Positions 31,510 through 49,500 of a DNA stretch of 64,000 nt are shown here, one piece after another (the first letter of the stretch is position 1; each line of letters opens with the position of its first letter). Position numbers and translations under genes: made by a program. Below the pieces are notes generated by a model. It worked only from the letters and a program-made list of their open reading frames with translations, was not told where the DNA came from and ran no database searches. Origin of the DNA: Guillardia theta CCMP2712. Taxonomy: Eukaryota > Protista > Cryptophyta. Where the stretch lies: positions 48,505 through 112,504 of the forward strand of contig NW_005434637.1 in the NCBI RefSeq assembly GCF_000315625.1, written 5' to 3'.

Positions 31510-34500
31510 CATGTACACCTCCTCTTGTTGACCTTGATCACAAATAGCCTGCTCGTTGGCAAAAGACGCCTCTGCGCTCTACTTGCTTTTAAATGCAGAA
31601 AGTCATAGCAGTCTCAGACTTTCGGAGACGCGGCTTGTGACACCTGTCTGGCGCGGAGCCTGAGGAAGACAAGGGGGCTGAGTTACGTGGTGATCAGTTC
31701 AAAGTCCAATCCTCAGACTCATAGTAATTGTTCGCTTTGGTAAATCAGTGTCAAGTTTCTTCGCAATCGCAAGGCCGCACCTTGAAGAAGGGTTTCCAAC
31801 ATGTTGCACATCTCATGATACGTTAGCTTTCCTCCCCACCTGTTCGTTTGTGTCATCACTAGCGCCAAGTTGAGCATCCAAGTGACCTGAACTGCTTTCC
31901 ATCTGGACTCAAAGTCGGATCAGTCGCAGACGGTCTGCTGATCTCAGCTCCAGAGAAATCAACTGGGATGTACTGACGATACAGACAAGAGTGAGACAAG
32001 AAATCATGTCCGCCTCAGCTCTTACTTCTTCTCTGTTGTTCAAAAACTTCTTTAGCTCCTCTTTGAGATTCAAACCCTGCGCATCATCCGAATCAAGGCG
32101 ATCACCTTGTAGTTTCTGAACCTACCTGCCCAGCTCGATTGAACAGCGCTCTCTTGTATTTCTCGATACAGCTCCTCATGTAAAGAAGTTTTGCATATGG
32201 CAGCCCAGCCTGCCACCCGCGTCATCACTGGAAGCACGTCGAAGTGCTTTAGGATCGATGACCTGACCCTCGCTCATGTCCGGAGGTAGTTGCGTGACAA
32301 ACACAATCTTGTGGAGCTGATTCAACATCTGCCCAGTCATCAATCTTCCTTTTCCTCTCTTGCTCTCTCCTGTCCTGTCCTGTCTTGTCCTGTCCTCTCT
32401 CCCCCTCACCTGACTTGCGGGATCAATCTCCTTCACGTTGGCTGCTGGCACTGCATCCCTTCACGTCAGGGTACGAGTCAGCATCTCTTTCCTGCTTCAC
32501 CGCGCAAGCTTGAGGACACGCCAGGCCGGGAGGTTTTTCCTGCAGCATGGCAACATCAGTTTCGACCCTGCAGCTCTGTGAAAGCATTCTGCAATCTGTA
32601 ACAGAGGAATGGACCAGTCCAAAGGCCTCTGCTGACAGTCGCAATCTACCTTGTCCTGAGACTCTAGGAGTGATCGCTATGTACAAGGAGAGCAGATATC
32701 CTCACGATGTTTTCGCCACCTCATCTCTTACCTGGCGTCTGCGGTAGGTGTCGCGGGTTTGCACCTGCAGGACATGGCGGCAGCGGGAAGGGAAGTCATG
32801 AGCAGAGAGCCAAGAACGAGGAGAGGCGATACCTGGGGTGTTAGGAAGATTTGCACTTGGCGTGTGCGGGATGATGGGGCCACGGCGGACAGGAGAGGAT
32901 CGTCTGCCAGGGGAAGTGCCGCCGAAGAAAATACTTGCACCTCGTGTTGTTGACTCACGCTGTGAGAAGATGTCGATGTTGGCTTGAAAACAATCTTGCA
33001 GAATAGTTCTTCTACCTGACTTTTGAGCAGCGCTTCATATCTCTCCTTGTCAATCTGAAGATCATACTTCATTACTAAATTCCACAAGATTGATAGGATT
33101 TCACGACCATCAACGATTGAACTTGTGTCTCCAGTTGCATATTCCTTGTGTAAAGCTCATCGGTTCTTTCCATGCAATCTCTGCAAGGAAACAATCAAGA
33201 CTTGTTGCAGTATCAAGGTTTGTAACTTCCTTCTTGTCATACGGTCGTTTCTGTCCCAACAATTAATCTGCATCATGATCTGCAAGCCTTCATCAGCAAA
33301 CCATGGAAGACACAGACAACCATACCTCGATGATGTCTGGACGAGCTGCTGTGTCTGGATTCATCATCGTTTTTACGAGCTGCGCCAAATCATCACAACT
33401 TCAGAAAGGCGAACAACGTCATCACCTCCTTGAGTTCGTCAGAGTATTCCTTCGTCGGGTCATTGATTGGTTCAAACCGTCCTTCCACTATGTTTGCCGC
33501 AGTCTGAATATTATGCAAGAATCATTAAATTCACATAAGATGAGCTGGGGATGACCTGTAAAGGATTGTTCTCCGAGAAAGGAGCTTTCAAGCATATCAT
33601 CTTTGTGAATCAGCAAGTCAGATAATCTTCTAGGTATCCCATCACACGACGATTGGTTGACAGTTCACCTGATACAGAATGACACCCAGTGACCAGATAT
33701 CCGCCTTCTCCGTGTACGGTCTCCTGCAAGTCTGCAACTTCACAAGAGCCAACGATTTTGTTTTGTCTGCAGGCAGAGCAAATTGACGAGCAACAAGTAG
33801 CACAAGCACATCGCAAGGAACAAGCAGCAGAAGAAACGGTATGGGACCTCTCGATGATCTCAGGGCAGGAGTAGGTGAGGGTTCCGACCACAGAGGACAT
33901 GACGCTGATCTCCGTGTGTTTTTGACTGTCGGCAATGTCAGACTCCGAACATTACATCAAGCGCAATTTTCACAAATCCTCTCACACAAGAGAGGCACAT
34001 TCTCAACGAGTAAAAGCATCGTTCAGATGACAGAATGCTGTTTACCGAGCCAGGCCGAAGTCGACCAATATCGGTCGTTGTCTTGACAACTACAAACTCC
34101 ATTACTGTTCTCACAATCAACAGCCAAAAGACGACTTGAGTGAGCGAATCGACTTCTGTGGTGAGAAGGATATTGGATGGTGTCAGGTCTCTGCGGGTAT
34201 TGGTGAGATTAAGGCAAAGAAATTTCGGCTACCTGTGTGTAATGTTCTTCTTCTTGTGGATGTAGTAGAGCCCATGACATATCTTGCAATGTAAAGATTA
34301 ATCGAATACAAGAAATAGAAAGACGGGCAAGGTATGTCAGGCAGGTGATAAGACAATGCTGTGTAACGAGACAACAGCGCTGAGGGATGATGTCCATAGA
34401 GTGTGAATGCGCTAGGAAAGCCGAGCCAAAAACACAACAAGGTAGATACGGCAAGTTCGATCAAGAGCAACACTTGAACATGATTCAAAGGACCATTACA

Positions 34501-37183
34501 ACGACCATCATGTTGAAAACAAACGAACAAGACCAAACCAATGGTGTGATTGCTGACGAGTGCAAAATCACTGAACATAATGGTTCTCACCTGTATGAGC
34601 AAGTCTCTGATATTCCTCTCTGGAATTCTTTGATTCTTCCCCGAATGACTGTAACAAGTGAGTTTGAAGATGTCACAATCGTTTACATTCAGCGCTCGAG
34701 CCGTCAAGTTCACCTGTTAATTAGCTCCATCAAACTTGATCCTTCCTGTTTGACTATCAGAGACATCAGTACACAATCTAAGTCCCATCACCACTAGTTC
34801 CATCACAATGTACAGCCCTCGATCACTTCCACTGATCGATCTGTCCGTGAACGAGTCGACGTACTTGAAAATTGTCACATGCTCTGATGCATCTTAAAGA
34901 GCGTTACCTTGACGATGTTGGGATGACTCATCTGCTGCAAGAGCGACACCTCTCTGTGCGTGTCCTGTGACGTCATCACCTCCTCAATCACCACTACCTT
35001 CTCCTCCTCGTTTTTCTCTTCCCACTGCTTCCTCCCCTGTCCCTCACTCCTCCCCTCCTTCATGTCCCCTCCTCTACCCTATCCTCCCATTTCTTCTCCT
35101 CCTCCCTCTACTTCCTCTCTGCGCATGTCGCCATGATCTGATCTGCTGTCTCTCACTTTCTCGAGTTGGACATCAGCGTCGATGGGGATTTCCTTGAGCG
35201 CGTAGTAGACTGGTCCGTCTGCTCCTCCTCCTCCTGCCAGCCTAGCTCGCCAGATGGTTCCGAAAGCTCCTTTTCCTGTAAGGATAGGTAGTGAAGAGTA
35301 CAGTGAATGACAACGACCAGAGCAAGGCAGGAGAGGGCAGGAGAGAGCAGTGGAGGAGCGATGGCAAGGAGGAGGCAGGAGGAGCGTACCGATTGAGTCA
35401 CCCACGAGCAAGTAGTCTCTTATCCTCTTGTCGCTCTCCATGTCCGACCGCATCTCGCCGATGGCCTGAAGAGCAGGAGGTGAGCTGAGCAGGGAGAAAG
35501 AGCTTGCGTGCCTTTCGCATGCTCTCTAGCTTGTCGTCAGGAAGATCGAAGAGGACACGAGCAAGTTTGCTGTGGAGAGAGATCACGGAAGGAAGGCGAG
35601 GAGGGAGGAAGGGAGGGGCAGGAAAAGAGGAGGTGAGGGGGGAAGGGGTTGGGAGTGAGAGAAGTGAAGGAGTCGAATTCTGTCACCGGCACTTCTCCAG
35701 GTCCCGCTGGTATTGTCCAATCTCGATGAACCTCTCAAAGATCGACTGCAGAGATCCAGCGGTCAAGCAGAAAACAGGCAGACGAACGTTGGGAAGGATA
35801 CAGGAGCAAAGATTCTCCGGAAACTTCGTCGATTCCGCTCCAGCGAGAACAAAAATCGCAGAGCCTGCAAGCAGGAGGTCGGGCGACTTGACAGAGCCAG
35901 GAAATCAAAGAAAGCAAAGGAGGAGGAGGGGGAGGAGGCCGGGGGGGGAGGGGGGGCACCTTGACTGCGTGGGCAGCGACCGCGAGGACTTGCGTCTCAT
36001 GCATCGGGTCTGAAGCTCGTGTTCCATCCTCTCCCGCAGGAACCTTCTTTGCATTCTCGCACTCCATGAGAAGAACTTTGGTGAGGATGAAAATTCCGTT
36101 GGACTGTCGAATGTGACAAGAGTTCTCATCATCGAACGCCAGCTCACTGAGGAGCGAGCATCCAGCGATCAAAATGTCGTCCCTCCCCACCATCTTGCTC
36201 TGAAAGTCTCCCACCCGTCCGAGAATGTTCAGAACTATGTTGATCCCTCCCAACAGTCTGATCTGCCTCACAGAATCTTGCGTCACCGTCCGCTCAAGCA
36301 AGCGGAGGCCATACAGAAGAATGCTGTCCTCAGAGCTCTGAACCATACTGAGGAATATGCGGATCGACTCGAGGTTCACCAGGGTGATCTTGTTCTCCTC
36401 GATCTGGCAGAGGTTGTACAGGATGTCCGCAACCAGCTCGCGGTATTCCATCTTCATCTTGTCCGAGTCCAGCAGCTCGAGCAGCTTCTGCCCTGCAGTC
36501 AGCCCGTCGCCGGTGGGAAGGAGAAGGATCCCCTGGATGTCCTGAGAGAGGATGGCCGTGCTTCGGCTCAGCTTCTGCAGCGCCATCAGCACGCTCTGCA
36601 GCAGGAACCTCTCAGCTGTGGACAAGAGGTAGCACATGGTCTTGCGGCACTGGATGATCCAGTCCGCCTCCAGCTTGCTCAACATGCTGGCGATGTGCGT
36701 CAATGGCGGGAGGCTCTGAGCTACTGACGCCTGATCGAGCAGCTCGCTGTAGTGCTTGTTCCCTTCCTCTTCAAAGATAGCAACGAGCTCCTCCCCTCCT
36801 CCTCTCATCAAGAATCGTCTCTGAAGAGCTTTATCTCGAGTCAGGATCCGAATGCTCTGCATTACCACCAATCTGTGATTGCCTGACGGCAGCTGTTGCC
36901 ATCTCCCCTCCAGGAATCTCATCTCCAGCAGATGCTGTAGCAGCTGTAAGAAGACGCTATCTTGGGTGCACGGACGTCTGAGAACACCTGCCATGTCAGG
37001 GTTCGAGCTTCGCACTCCCAGGAGGCTACTGAAGTCATACACGCTGTTGTAGTGAGTAATGAACATGTCCAACATCTTCGTTTCTTCCTCCACATTCTCG
37101 TTGATCATATCCAACGCGTCGCCGTTCTCTTGTATCACACGAACGATCCTGGACATGAACTCCCTGTGACTCTCGGGCTCCAT
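31510..37183 (-). CDS. NEK10: NEK10-like kinase (ARM repeats, Ser/Thr kinase, C-terminal tail); multi-exon, ends approximate
   Basis: ARM-like 482-aa exon (QIRLLGGINIVLNIL, HIRQSNGIFILTKVLL). Kinase exons GKGAFGTIWRAR, YALKEI, HPNIVK, SVVGTLTYSCPEI and PYTEKADIWSLGVILYQ, typical of NEK10. Confidence 0.82.
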
Positions 37184-38286
37184 GGCGAGCTTTGATCAGG
37201 GAGAAGGTAGTAAGAGAGTCCAACGAGCGCGAGGGAGGTAGTGAATGGAAGGAAGAAAGGAGGGAGAAGAACAGTAGTAGGAGAGAAGGAGGAGAGGGAG
37301 GGAGGAGAGGGAGGGAGGAGAGGGAGGAGAGGGAGGGAGGAGAGGGAGGGAGGAGAGGGAGGGAGGAGAGGGAGGGAGGAGAGGGAGGATCAGCTCGTCA
37401 TGACGACGACATCGCCTCTTCTTCTCTTCCCTTCATCTTCCTCCGCCTTAGCGACATGTTTCCGGATCAGGTTGAGCGGAAGATGGGTGAGCCAAAATAA
37501 CTAAACCGCAAATGATGGGTGACCACACGCAGTGTTTACTGATCCTAGCAGCACCGTGTCACACAGACAGTGAGGAAATCAGAGGGACGCAGATAGCAGT
37601 GCGCAGATAGCAAGATGCAGAGGACGAACAAGAGGAGGAGAGAGCAGGAGGGACGTGGGGCAGGAGGGAGGGGAGGGAGGAGAGAAGAGCAGGAGGGACG
37701 TGGGGGCAGGAGGGAGGGGAGGGAGGAGAGAAGAGCAGGAGGGACGCGGGGCAGGAGGGAGGGGAGGGAGGAGGGAAGTGGAGGGGGGAGGAGGAGTCCA
37801 AGGGAAGGGAGAGGCAGGAGGCGATGGTGTATGGGATGGGATGAAGTAGGAGAGATGGTACATGTAGAGAACGAAAAGGCAGGGGAGGGAGGCTACGTAG
37901 ATGATACGGTATGAGGAGGACTGTGCTAGGTTGAGATAAGGGTAAATGAGGGGGTGAAGTCATGAAAGGAGGCGAGGTGGTTTGGGCATGACCATGATGT
38001 TGCTAGTATGTCAATTGCACTATACTGCTTGATTTGATGTGAAACTGTGACGAGGACAAAAAGATGAGAGGTTTTACTGTGCTAGCCCCAGCAGGTAGCT
38101 GGTTGTATGCGACTGTTCCAACCTTGAAGCCCAGCACCAACTGATGACGCACAAGATCCTCGAGTTCATCCGCCAAGTTCAAGTTGCCATCAGTCAGCCA
38201 TCCCTTCTGCGTTACTTCGATCCAGACCCCGTTGATCCTTCAGTGCCGGGCGGCGAACCTGAGCATGTCGAATGTGAGAGACTCTG

Positions 38287-41530
<3,244 letters not shown>

Positions 41531-41618
41531 TGAATTACATGACTGAATATAGCGAAACCTGCTGCTCGTGTCGATTCCCCTCCTCCTCAGTGCCTTGATT
41601 CTCTTGTCTACCCATCGC

Positions 41619-43964
41619 TCATCCTCCTATCTTGATCATTGGCCTGTTCTTGCTCGATGCCAGTTCATGCATGTCCCCCTGCCGTGCCATTTCAACCACC
41701 TCTTCCCTCCTCCCTCAAAAAATGCTCACGTTGCCGCCATGTTTCGCTGCTTTCCTCCAAACCGCAGCGTGAATGACGTCGAGAAGCTGCTCACGAGCAT
41801 TAGGGGCAGGTAGTGAGAGGAGGAGACGAAGAGGAGAGGAGGGTAGAATGAAGGATACAAAGGAGGGAGGAAGAAAGGAGAAGCGAATGGTAGGGAAGGT
41901 CAAACGACGAGGAGGAGGGATGGAACAGGAAAGGAGGCTCCATACCTGATCATCGCCGTCGCCGCTGCGCATGCGATCCCTTAAAGAAACTTCCTCGTTG
42001 CCAAAGAGACAAACTTTGATGCTGCAAAGAATGATCAAATAGCGACAAGGGAACAAGGAGCGAGCAAAGGTACAGTACAGAGGTAGAGAGAAGGGGAACG
42101 AGGAGGGAAGAAGTAGAAGGGTGAAGGAGGAGGGGGATGAAGACGAGGAGGAGGAGGAGGAGGAGGAGGAGGAGGAGGAGGAGGAGGAGGAGGAGGAGGA
42201 GGAGGAGGAACCACCTCCGTCTGCAGTAATTCNNNNNNNNNNNNNNNNNNNNNNNNNNNNNNNNNNNNNNNNNNNNNNNNNNNNNNNNNNNNNNNNNNNN
42301 NNNNNNNNNNNNNNNNNNNNNNNNNNNNNNNNGTATCTGGAGGAGGAGGAACCAACCTCCCGTCTGCAGTAATTCTTAGACGGTTGCAGGAACCGCAGAA
42401 ATGTTGCGACATCGAGGTAATGAAGCCTACACTTCCCTGCCACCATCGGTCAGTCCAAGTCATACACGCACCCCTCCTTGCTCAATGCCTCCTGACTTCA
42501 CCTCTTCTCCTTCAATCTTCCAGGCCTTCGAGGTGTCGTTCGCCTGTGGGCGCGTGAGTTCAAGGCAGAGTTGAAACTTTGCAGGTGGGAGAAAAGGAGA
42601 CGAGAGGAGACAACGATGAAGCAACGGGGATGAGAGCCGACCCAGAGGAGCACGAAGACGTTGCAAGAGTGAGGGAAAGAGGGAAAGAAAAGCATTCATC
42701 TACTTTGTCTTCGTCTCTTCTGCGATGAAATGACGGAAAACGTTTCTTGATCACATCGAGCATTTCCATGTAGCTGACAAACTTGAAAAGGATCACGAAA
42801 ACAAAAAGCTCTGCAGCTGGTTACCTTGTTGTCGCTCCAGCGATTACCATCAAATGGCATATACTCAATGAATCGTACATTCAGTTTCTTTTTCTACATC
42901 AAAAAATCAACAAACAAAAACCTTGTGCTCGATTTTACCATTGCAAACTCGACGAAGGGGATAATTTCGTCATCGTTCACGCCCCGCATCATTACACAAT
43001 TCACTTGTTTGAAATGCATCAGAACATACCACGTGCGGAACTAGTCAAGCTTACCTTTGACACTTCTCAACCTTCCTTGAGCCTTCATATTGGCAGCTTG
43101 TTCTATACATTCCAACACTCTTGAAAAACCCCTTGACAACCATCTTAACTCAGCACGCGTCTTCATGGAAAGACAATCACCTTCTCCTCGTGATCAGCTC
43201 AAACTTCGGTTCTATCAGCGTGTCAAGACTGATATTCACAGCATCCAATCCCCCCTGCATGAATGAAGGGAAGTAAGAAGTGAAGAGCAGGAAAACGTCT
43301 CTTTGCCTCAGCTAGCTCCAACAAGTGTCTTCCTAGAGTAATCCCGTTGGATGTCATACCCAACGTCTCCAATCCCCTCTCCTTCAAGCTCCCCAGCCGA
43401 GCCACCACATCCACAATGTCTTTTCTCACCTTGGCAGAGATTCAGTCGACAAAGACACAACATGCAACCTTTCCTCACCATCGGCTCCCCTCCCGTGAGT
43501 CGAATCTTGGATACACCTTCTCTGACAAACAGAGACGCAAGTCTGTAGATCTCCTCACTCGTCAGGAGCTTCTCAGACGGAGACAACTGGACTCCTTCCT
43601 CCGGCATGCAATATTTGCACCGCAAGTTGCAGCGCTCTGTTAGAGAGATGCGAAGGTAATCATGAAACCGCCCGAAGCTGTCTGTCAGAGGAGAAGTCGA
43701 TGGACTTTCCGCCCTTGAGCTGACTTGCACGTTCATCATTGTTTCAGAGCAGTCCGCTTGCTGCATCTGCTTCGAAGAATGCTTGTGTGTGGTGGAGTAT
43801 CGCCTTGGGTGGGCTGACTCTTGGAGCAACGAGCAATAGTGACTTGGCTTCCTGATCCCTCCATTGTGATTAAATAACGTGATATCTTGCCTTCGTCTCT
43901 TAGCAGCTGACTCAGCAGCTAGTCGAAGCCTCCACAAGCGCCGACAAGAAGCCGGAAACAACAT
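41619..43964 (-). CDS. MOCS1: GTP 3',8-cyclase, molybdenum cofactor biosynthesis (MoaA/CNX2/MOCS1A); multi-exon
   Basis: [74 protein letters not shown] and terminal NRPMIKIGG* (stop 41619-41621). The N-terminal extension is consistent with mitochondrial targeting. Confidence 0.96.
42233..42332. other. Assembly gap (100 N) with duplicated flanks
   Basis: A near-identical GAGGAGGAACC..CCGTCTGCAGTAATTC sequence lies on both sides of the gap. Confidence 0.9.
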
Positions 43965-44199
43965 CTGTGAAGAAAGAAATCACTCAGTGTTGTCGACGAC
44001 GTTGATGGTGATTATGTCGGGGATGACAATTTTGGGGATGACAACCGGCTACAAAGAAGACGACACGACGACTACAATGAAGACGATAACGGATGGGTGA
44101 ATGGATGGATGGATGGATGTTGTTACTGTCGTTGTCGTGGCAGTGATGATGGTGCAGGCAAAGCAAGATTTGAGGTGATGTTGGGCAAGTGGAGGAGGA

Positions 44200-44565
44200 T
44201 CAGGAGCAGGAGGAGTAGGAGCAGGAGCAGGAGCAGAAGGAGCAGGAGAAGGAGCAGGAGGAGGAGGAGGAGAGGGAGCAGGACGAGCAGGACGAGCAGG
44301 AGCAGGAGAAGGAGCAGGAGGAGGAGCAGCAGGAGCAGCAGGAGCAGGAGAAGGAGCAGGAGCAGGAGAAGGAGCAGGAGCAGGAGAAGGAGCAGGAGAA
44401 GATTCAGGAGGAGCAGGAACAGGAACAGGAGCAGGGAACAGGAGCAGGAACAGGAGCAGGAACAGGAGCAGGAGAAGGAGCAGGAGAAGGAGGAGAAGGA
44501 GCAGGAGGAGGAGGAGCAGGAGGAGGAGCAGGAGCAGGAGCAGGAGCGGGAGCAGGAGGAGGAGA
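44200..44565. repeat. Degenerate (GGAGCA/GGAGAA/GGAACA)n hexamer repeat
   Basis: Directly visible. Confidence 0.92.
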
Positions 44566-46519
44566 TTGAGATGAGGTGGGGGTGGGTTGGGTGGGAGGGA
44601 TGGAGGGATGGAGGGCAAGAGGAGCAGGAGGACTCGGGACGGAATGGTGGAGATGATGGGGAGATCAAAGAGAACATGTAGGTAGGGTATCTGGGTGAGG
44701 GGGGTACTGAAATTGTATTTTGGCAGGGTAGGGTGGTACACATCTGGTGAAGACAATAGGTGGGTACAGGGTAAATCTCCACGTTTACCCACATCTGTCA
44801 AGTCTCAAGTACCGGTAGCTGATTGACCAGGTTGGGAGCATGCAACAGGTGGATAAAATCAAGGGGTACACGATGAAGGGGGTGTATTAAAGCGCAAAGA
44901 CGAAAGTAATTGGGGGTAGGGACCTTAGTTGAGGGGTAGGTCTCGAATATTATCCCGACACATACCTTGAAGGAAGCTCCTCCCGTCTCCCTCCCCTCCC
45001 TCCCCTCCCTCCCCTCCCTCCCGTCTCCCTCCCCTCCCCCCCCTCCCTCCCCTCCCTCCCCTCCCTCCCCTTCCTCCTCTTACAGCAGCAGCATTGATCG
45101 TTCAATGATGGCTGGACCAACTTGATCGAAGTCGTGGAGTTGAGCCGAACCAAACAGTCGAAGCGTTGAATGAATGCTTCCATTACCTCGCTCACTGTTC
45201 CTACACTTCTCCGGCTTGCTCTGCCGCCTCCCTGCCGCCTCCCTCCCTCTCGAGCTCCTCGCTCACAGCCCTCCTCGGGAGAGAAGAGGAGGGCTGTGAG
45301 CGAGAATCCTCGTCCTTGCTCATGAGCATCTTGTCCTGATGCAGGTCGCCACCGGCCTAGAGCTGCCCGAAGAGGCCAGGGCAGGCATCCATGACTCTCC
45401 GGGGAGGAGGGCCGCAACCGTGCGAGAGGTCGGCCAGGTTGACTTCTCCTCTCCCTCGCGAGAGGAGAAGACAGGGGTGCTGTCAGCGAGGAGAGGAGAG
45501 GAGACAGCGCCAGGTACAGCGAGGGAGTGACAGCGAGGAAGAGGAAGGAAGGGAGAGGGACACATGGTATACGATGCGCGATGGAGAAAGAGGAAGAAGC
45601 TCAAGAGGGAGAGGATAGAGTGATGCAAGGCGGTAGTCCATCAGTCTGAGCCATGGTGTGGGGTCACTCCTTGAACCCGATCCCCACGATCCGAAGATGG
45701 TTTGCAGCCATGACTTCATGTTCTGCACCTTCAGGGTGCTGGACATGGATAAGTTCGAGCAGATCATCCAGTGCATGCAGAGCCACTCGGCCGACCGTTG
45801 GTCCCCGAGTGCAGGTCCATCGTGCAGAACATCTCCGTGACCGTACACCCAAGGGCGAAGTAGGCCATGCTCCTTGTCTATCGGACGGTGTCGAACGGTC
45901 CGACTTTCGATACTCAGCCCGGGCTACTCACGGGCCTGCGGGATGATTGTCCGACTGATGAGTTTACTCAAAGTTAAGTTAAAAATCAGTACGAGGACAA
46001 TCAGGAGAGTCGAGGAGGCTTGACCCTGACACTGTCGCACAGGCCAAACGGCGAGACTCGAGAAGAGAAAAGACAGCGAGAACCAAACCTACTAGTCATC
46101 CTGCCGACTGCTGTCCCCCAAACTTAACTGATACCTTCACTTGACTGATGAGTCACCAGTGTCGTGGTCCCGGGTGCCTCTATAGAGGACTAACTGAGTT
46201 GAACTCGGAAACTGATCGCCGGATTGTCAAGGCCGCTATAACCGCCACTGTAACTGTTTGTTGAAGGAATGTCATGAAAGGCAACCCAGAAACATGAGTG
46301 GTGGAAGAGAAGGAGAAGGAGAAGGAGAGAGAGAAGAAGAAGAAGAAGAAGAATAGTAGGAGACGAAACAGCTAGTTGAAGCAAGTGATTGTGCGGAGAG
46401 TGTTCTGAATAAAAGATCATGACAGGCCTGACAAGTGGGCCCGACCGGAACTGACGAAATGAATCTCACAGGGAGGGTCTGCAGATGATGAGGAATTCAG
46501 CATGACTTATTGAACATCG

Positions 46520-49500
46520 ATGGATATCACTGAAGTAATTTCAAGGTTGAAGGTACACGCATGAGGTGTGCTCTTCGACGTGTTGACCAACTCCTTGCGT
46601 GTGCTGTGCAGGTGCGAGCGCTGGGGTACACGAGAGCTGGAGAAGGAGACGTTGTTCACTCCAATGGATGGGTGCAATCTCGCGATCAAAGCTTGCCAGC
46701 GTCCTCCAAGTGTTTGTCTCCGACCTTCATCTTCTCTGTCACGTTCGTGCAAAGGACGGGGGAGGAGAGCGGAGAGGTAGTGATCAAGAAAGCTCGTGAG
46801 GTATGTTCTATCTACTGCCGTAGGTGAGGATGTTGACTCTTTGTAGGATTTTGAGAGTCTTCATCAACTGCTAGAGGAGGGGTGTACGGATGAAGCAGCG
46901 AGATTGTCCCTGCCTCATCTCCCTGGAAAAAAGTTCTTCAGCGCTAACTCTCACGGGTGTAGCAAAGGGTTTCTTATCTTGTGTCTGATTGAGGAGCAGG
47001 CATCTCAACAAGCGTCTTGTTCGCTACTTCGGTTACATCCATTCTTTGCTCTCCTCTGACCATGCTAAGAAGTAACCTCTCCATCACCTTACTTGGAACA
47101 TGCTGACAGCCATGCGCTCTGCCAGGAGCAAACACCTGTTAGCTTTCCTTATCGATGAGAGGTTTCGTGATCTTGACTCATCGGCAAAAGATTCTCGAAA
47201 GTTGGAAGCCCTCATAGAAGAAACATTCTTGCAGCAGAGCCAGCGACGAGATCTCATGTCGGAACAAGAACCGCAACTTGAAAGCTCCCAACCAGTGCGG
47301 GCCGTGCAAGCCAAGTTCCTCCAAAGCGCAACCCTCCCTGCTGGGGCTCTCAGAAAGAGCCCGACCGTGAGCGGAGCGTCCGACTTGATCAGAGGAGAGA
47401 CTGAATCTGCAAAGGATGAAGAGATCAGACTGTTGAAATCCAAGATCGCTGCTCTTGAGAAGAACCAGACTGCTTGGATTCATTGCCTTCAGCAGTTCTT
47501 GTTCGCTACGATTTTCGACAGCTCAAGGCAAGAGGAGCAGAGGCAGAGGTGCGGCTCTTCTCTACTGAGACAGGGAAGGAGGTCTCACGTGATGGAGTCA
47601 GGTTGGAGGAGAAGCTTCGTCAGGCCATCAAAAAGAACAAGGACGGAAAGGTGCGCCATGATCTCCTTTCCCACACCATGACTGGAGTGTTCCAGGTCTC
47701 AAAGGCCAAAATCCTTCGGCTCAAATTTCCCAGCGACTGGAAGCTTGTACCCGAGCTAACTCTGACGGAAGTCAGAGGCGGAAGCAGCACTTGCTATCTT
47801 AGGTGGGAGCCCCGGCAGGTGGAACTGAGGATGTTTGCCCTCAGTAGTGCTGACTTGCTTTCTCGTGAGGTCACTTGCGACGTTGAGTTGACGGGGAGGC
47901 GTCTGGGAATGTCCTTTCAGTGCAACGTCTCGATCAGTGTGGGGGTACATGGAGAGCTGCAAGCTTCCTTCCTCAACGATACTCATTCCTGCCTCATCGT
48001 TCGCTTCCTCCGCGACCCCAAGGTTGACGTATACACCTCGGGCACACAAGTGAGCTGGGCAAATGTCCCCATGCCGATCAGAGACGCGGTGGACGCAGAG
48101 ATAAGAAGACATGTGGAGAACATCTTGAGGAAGGCGTTGAACCCTCCTGCTACCCTGAGCTTCCAGCTGTCTCCCAGCGAAGATTCTGCTGCCCCCCCAC
48201 GTCATGTCGAGACGAATTCTCCTGCAGCTACAAGAGCAGGGAGTGATTTGCGCAAGCAGAGACAAGACGAGGGTGCGTCATGTGTGATGCCTGCAAGTTC
48301 ACCTGTAAGAGCAGCAGCAGGAGGCGAAGGCGGGAGGGGAGCGACTAGCACCATCACGGAGGGCAGCATCGGGTTGACTGTAGGGCGAGTAGACGAGGGG
48401 GCTCCTCTTCAAATCCTGTCGGTGGCCAAGGGAAGCGCTGCGGCCAAGTCGATGCTGATCCATGTGATATCGCGAGGAGGGCGGTGGAGAGGCGGGCAAA
48501 GAAGTAGAACAAGGAGGAGGTAGCAAAAGAAAGGCGGCAAAAAGGCGAGAGAGATTAGACGAGGAAGCAGGAGGAAGGGACGAGGGAGGTGGAGGATGTT
48601 TGCATGTTTCTGATGTATAGTGAGCAGAAATTCGATGAGCTCGTGGAGATCGGCACACAGCAGGTGTCCGACGCTCGTCTTGAAGTCGTTGCAGATCTCT
48701 TGAGATGGCCAGCAGGGCTGGATCGGAGCGCGAGAATGATCCAGGTGAGGAAGGGACGGTAGTTCGTGCTCTGAGCTGATCTCTTCCAGCTCACCTTGAG
48801 GAGGCAAAGAGCTCTCGCCTATGCCAACATCGAACAGCTGCGACCGGACGAGGACAACCCGAGCGAAGAGTCCTCAGGAGGAGGGAGCGATTGGCAAGAG
48901 AAGCCCTCGAGCGTGCGACGTCAGAGCAGCGGCAAGAGGGAGAGCAAGGCGAGCAAGAAGGAAGAATCACATCGGTTGCCTGCTAACGAGCTGATCGAGT
49001 TTGAATCCCTGGGGATGACGGTGGAGATTGGAGCTCTGGACGGTGTCACGAGGATCCGAAAGTTTAAGTACGGAGGGCCGGCGGAGCAGAGCGAGCTCCT
49101 GCTGATCGGCGACGAAGTCGTTATGATCGATCGACAGAAAGTCCCGGGCAACATCTCAGCGGCCGCCACACGGCTGAGGAGGATGGCGGAGATGATCGCT
49201 GGGTCCAAGAGGCTGGTGGAGGTCACGGTGAGGCGAAAGGGGGCATGGGGGGGGAGCGAGACAGTTGCGAATGTGAATCTCCTGAGGTGAACAACACCCT
49301 CTTGCTAGCTCTTCGTTGTTGGAGCTGATTGTGATTTCTAGCTGTCCGAACGAGTCTTCATCAGAGGGATCCGACTACGTGCTCTTGCTGCGTCCCTCTA
49401 CCTCCTCCATCTCACCTACTGCATGCAGGTGTTTGTCGACTCCGGCGATTCGGCCGATGAGGATGCGAAGAGAAGGTCTGAAGAGATTCGACGGAGAAAC

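Noticed and set aside
42200-42375. Duplicated RITADG exon end in MoaA
   Set aside because: The duplication flanks a 100-N gap and is most likely an unmerged contig overlap.
44049-44801. SR-rich, Pro/Ala-rich and poly-Leu ORFs
   Set aside because: Low-complexity hexamer repeat with no unique coding signal.
45300-45946. Short ORFs including CSHDFMFCTFRVLDMDKFEQIIQCMQ
   Set aside because: Some codon-like bias but no recognisable family or gene structure; left unannotated.
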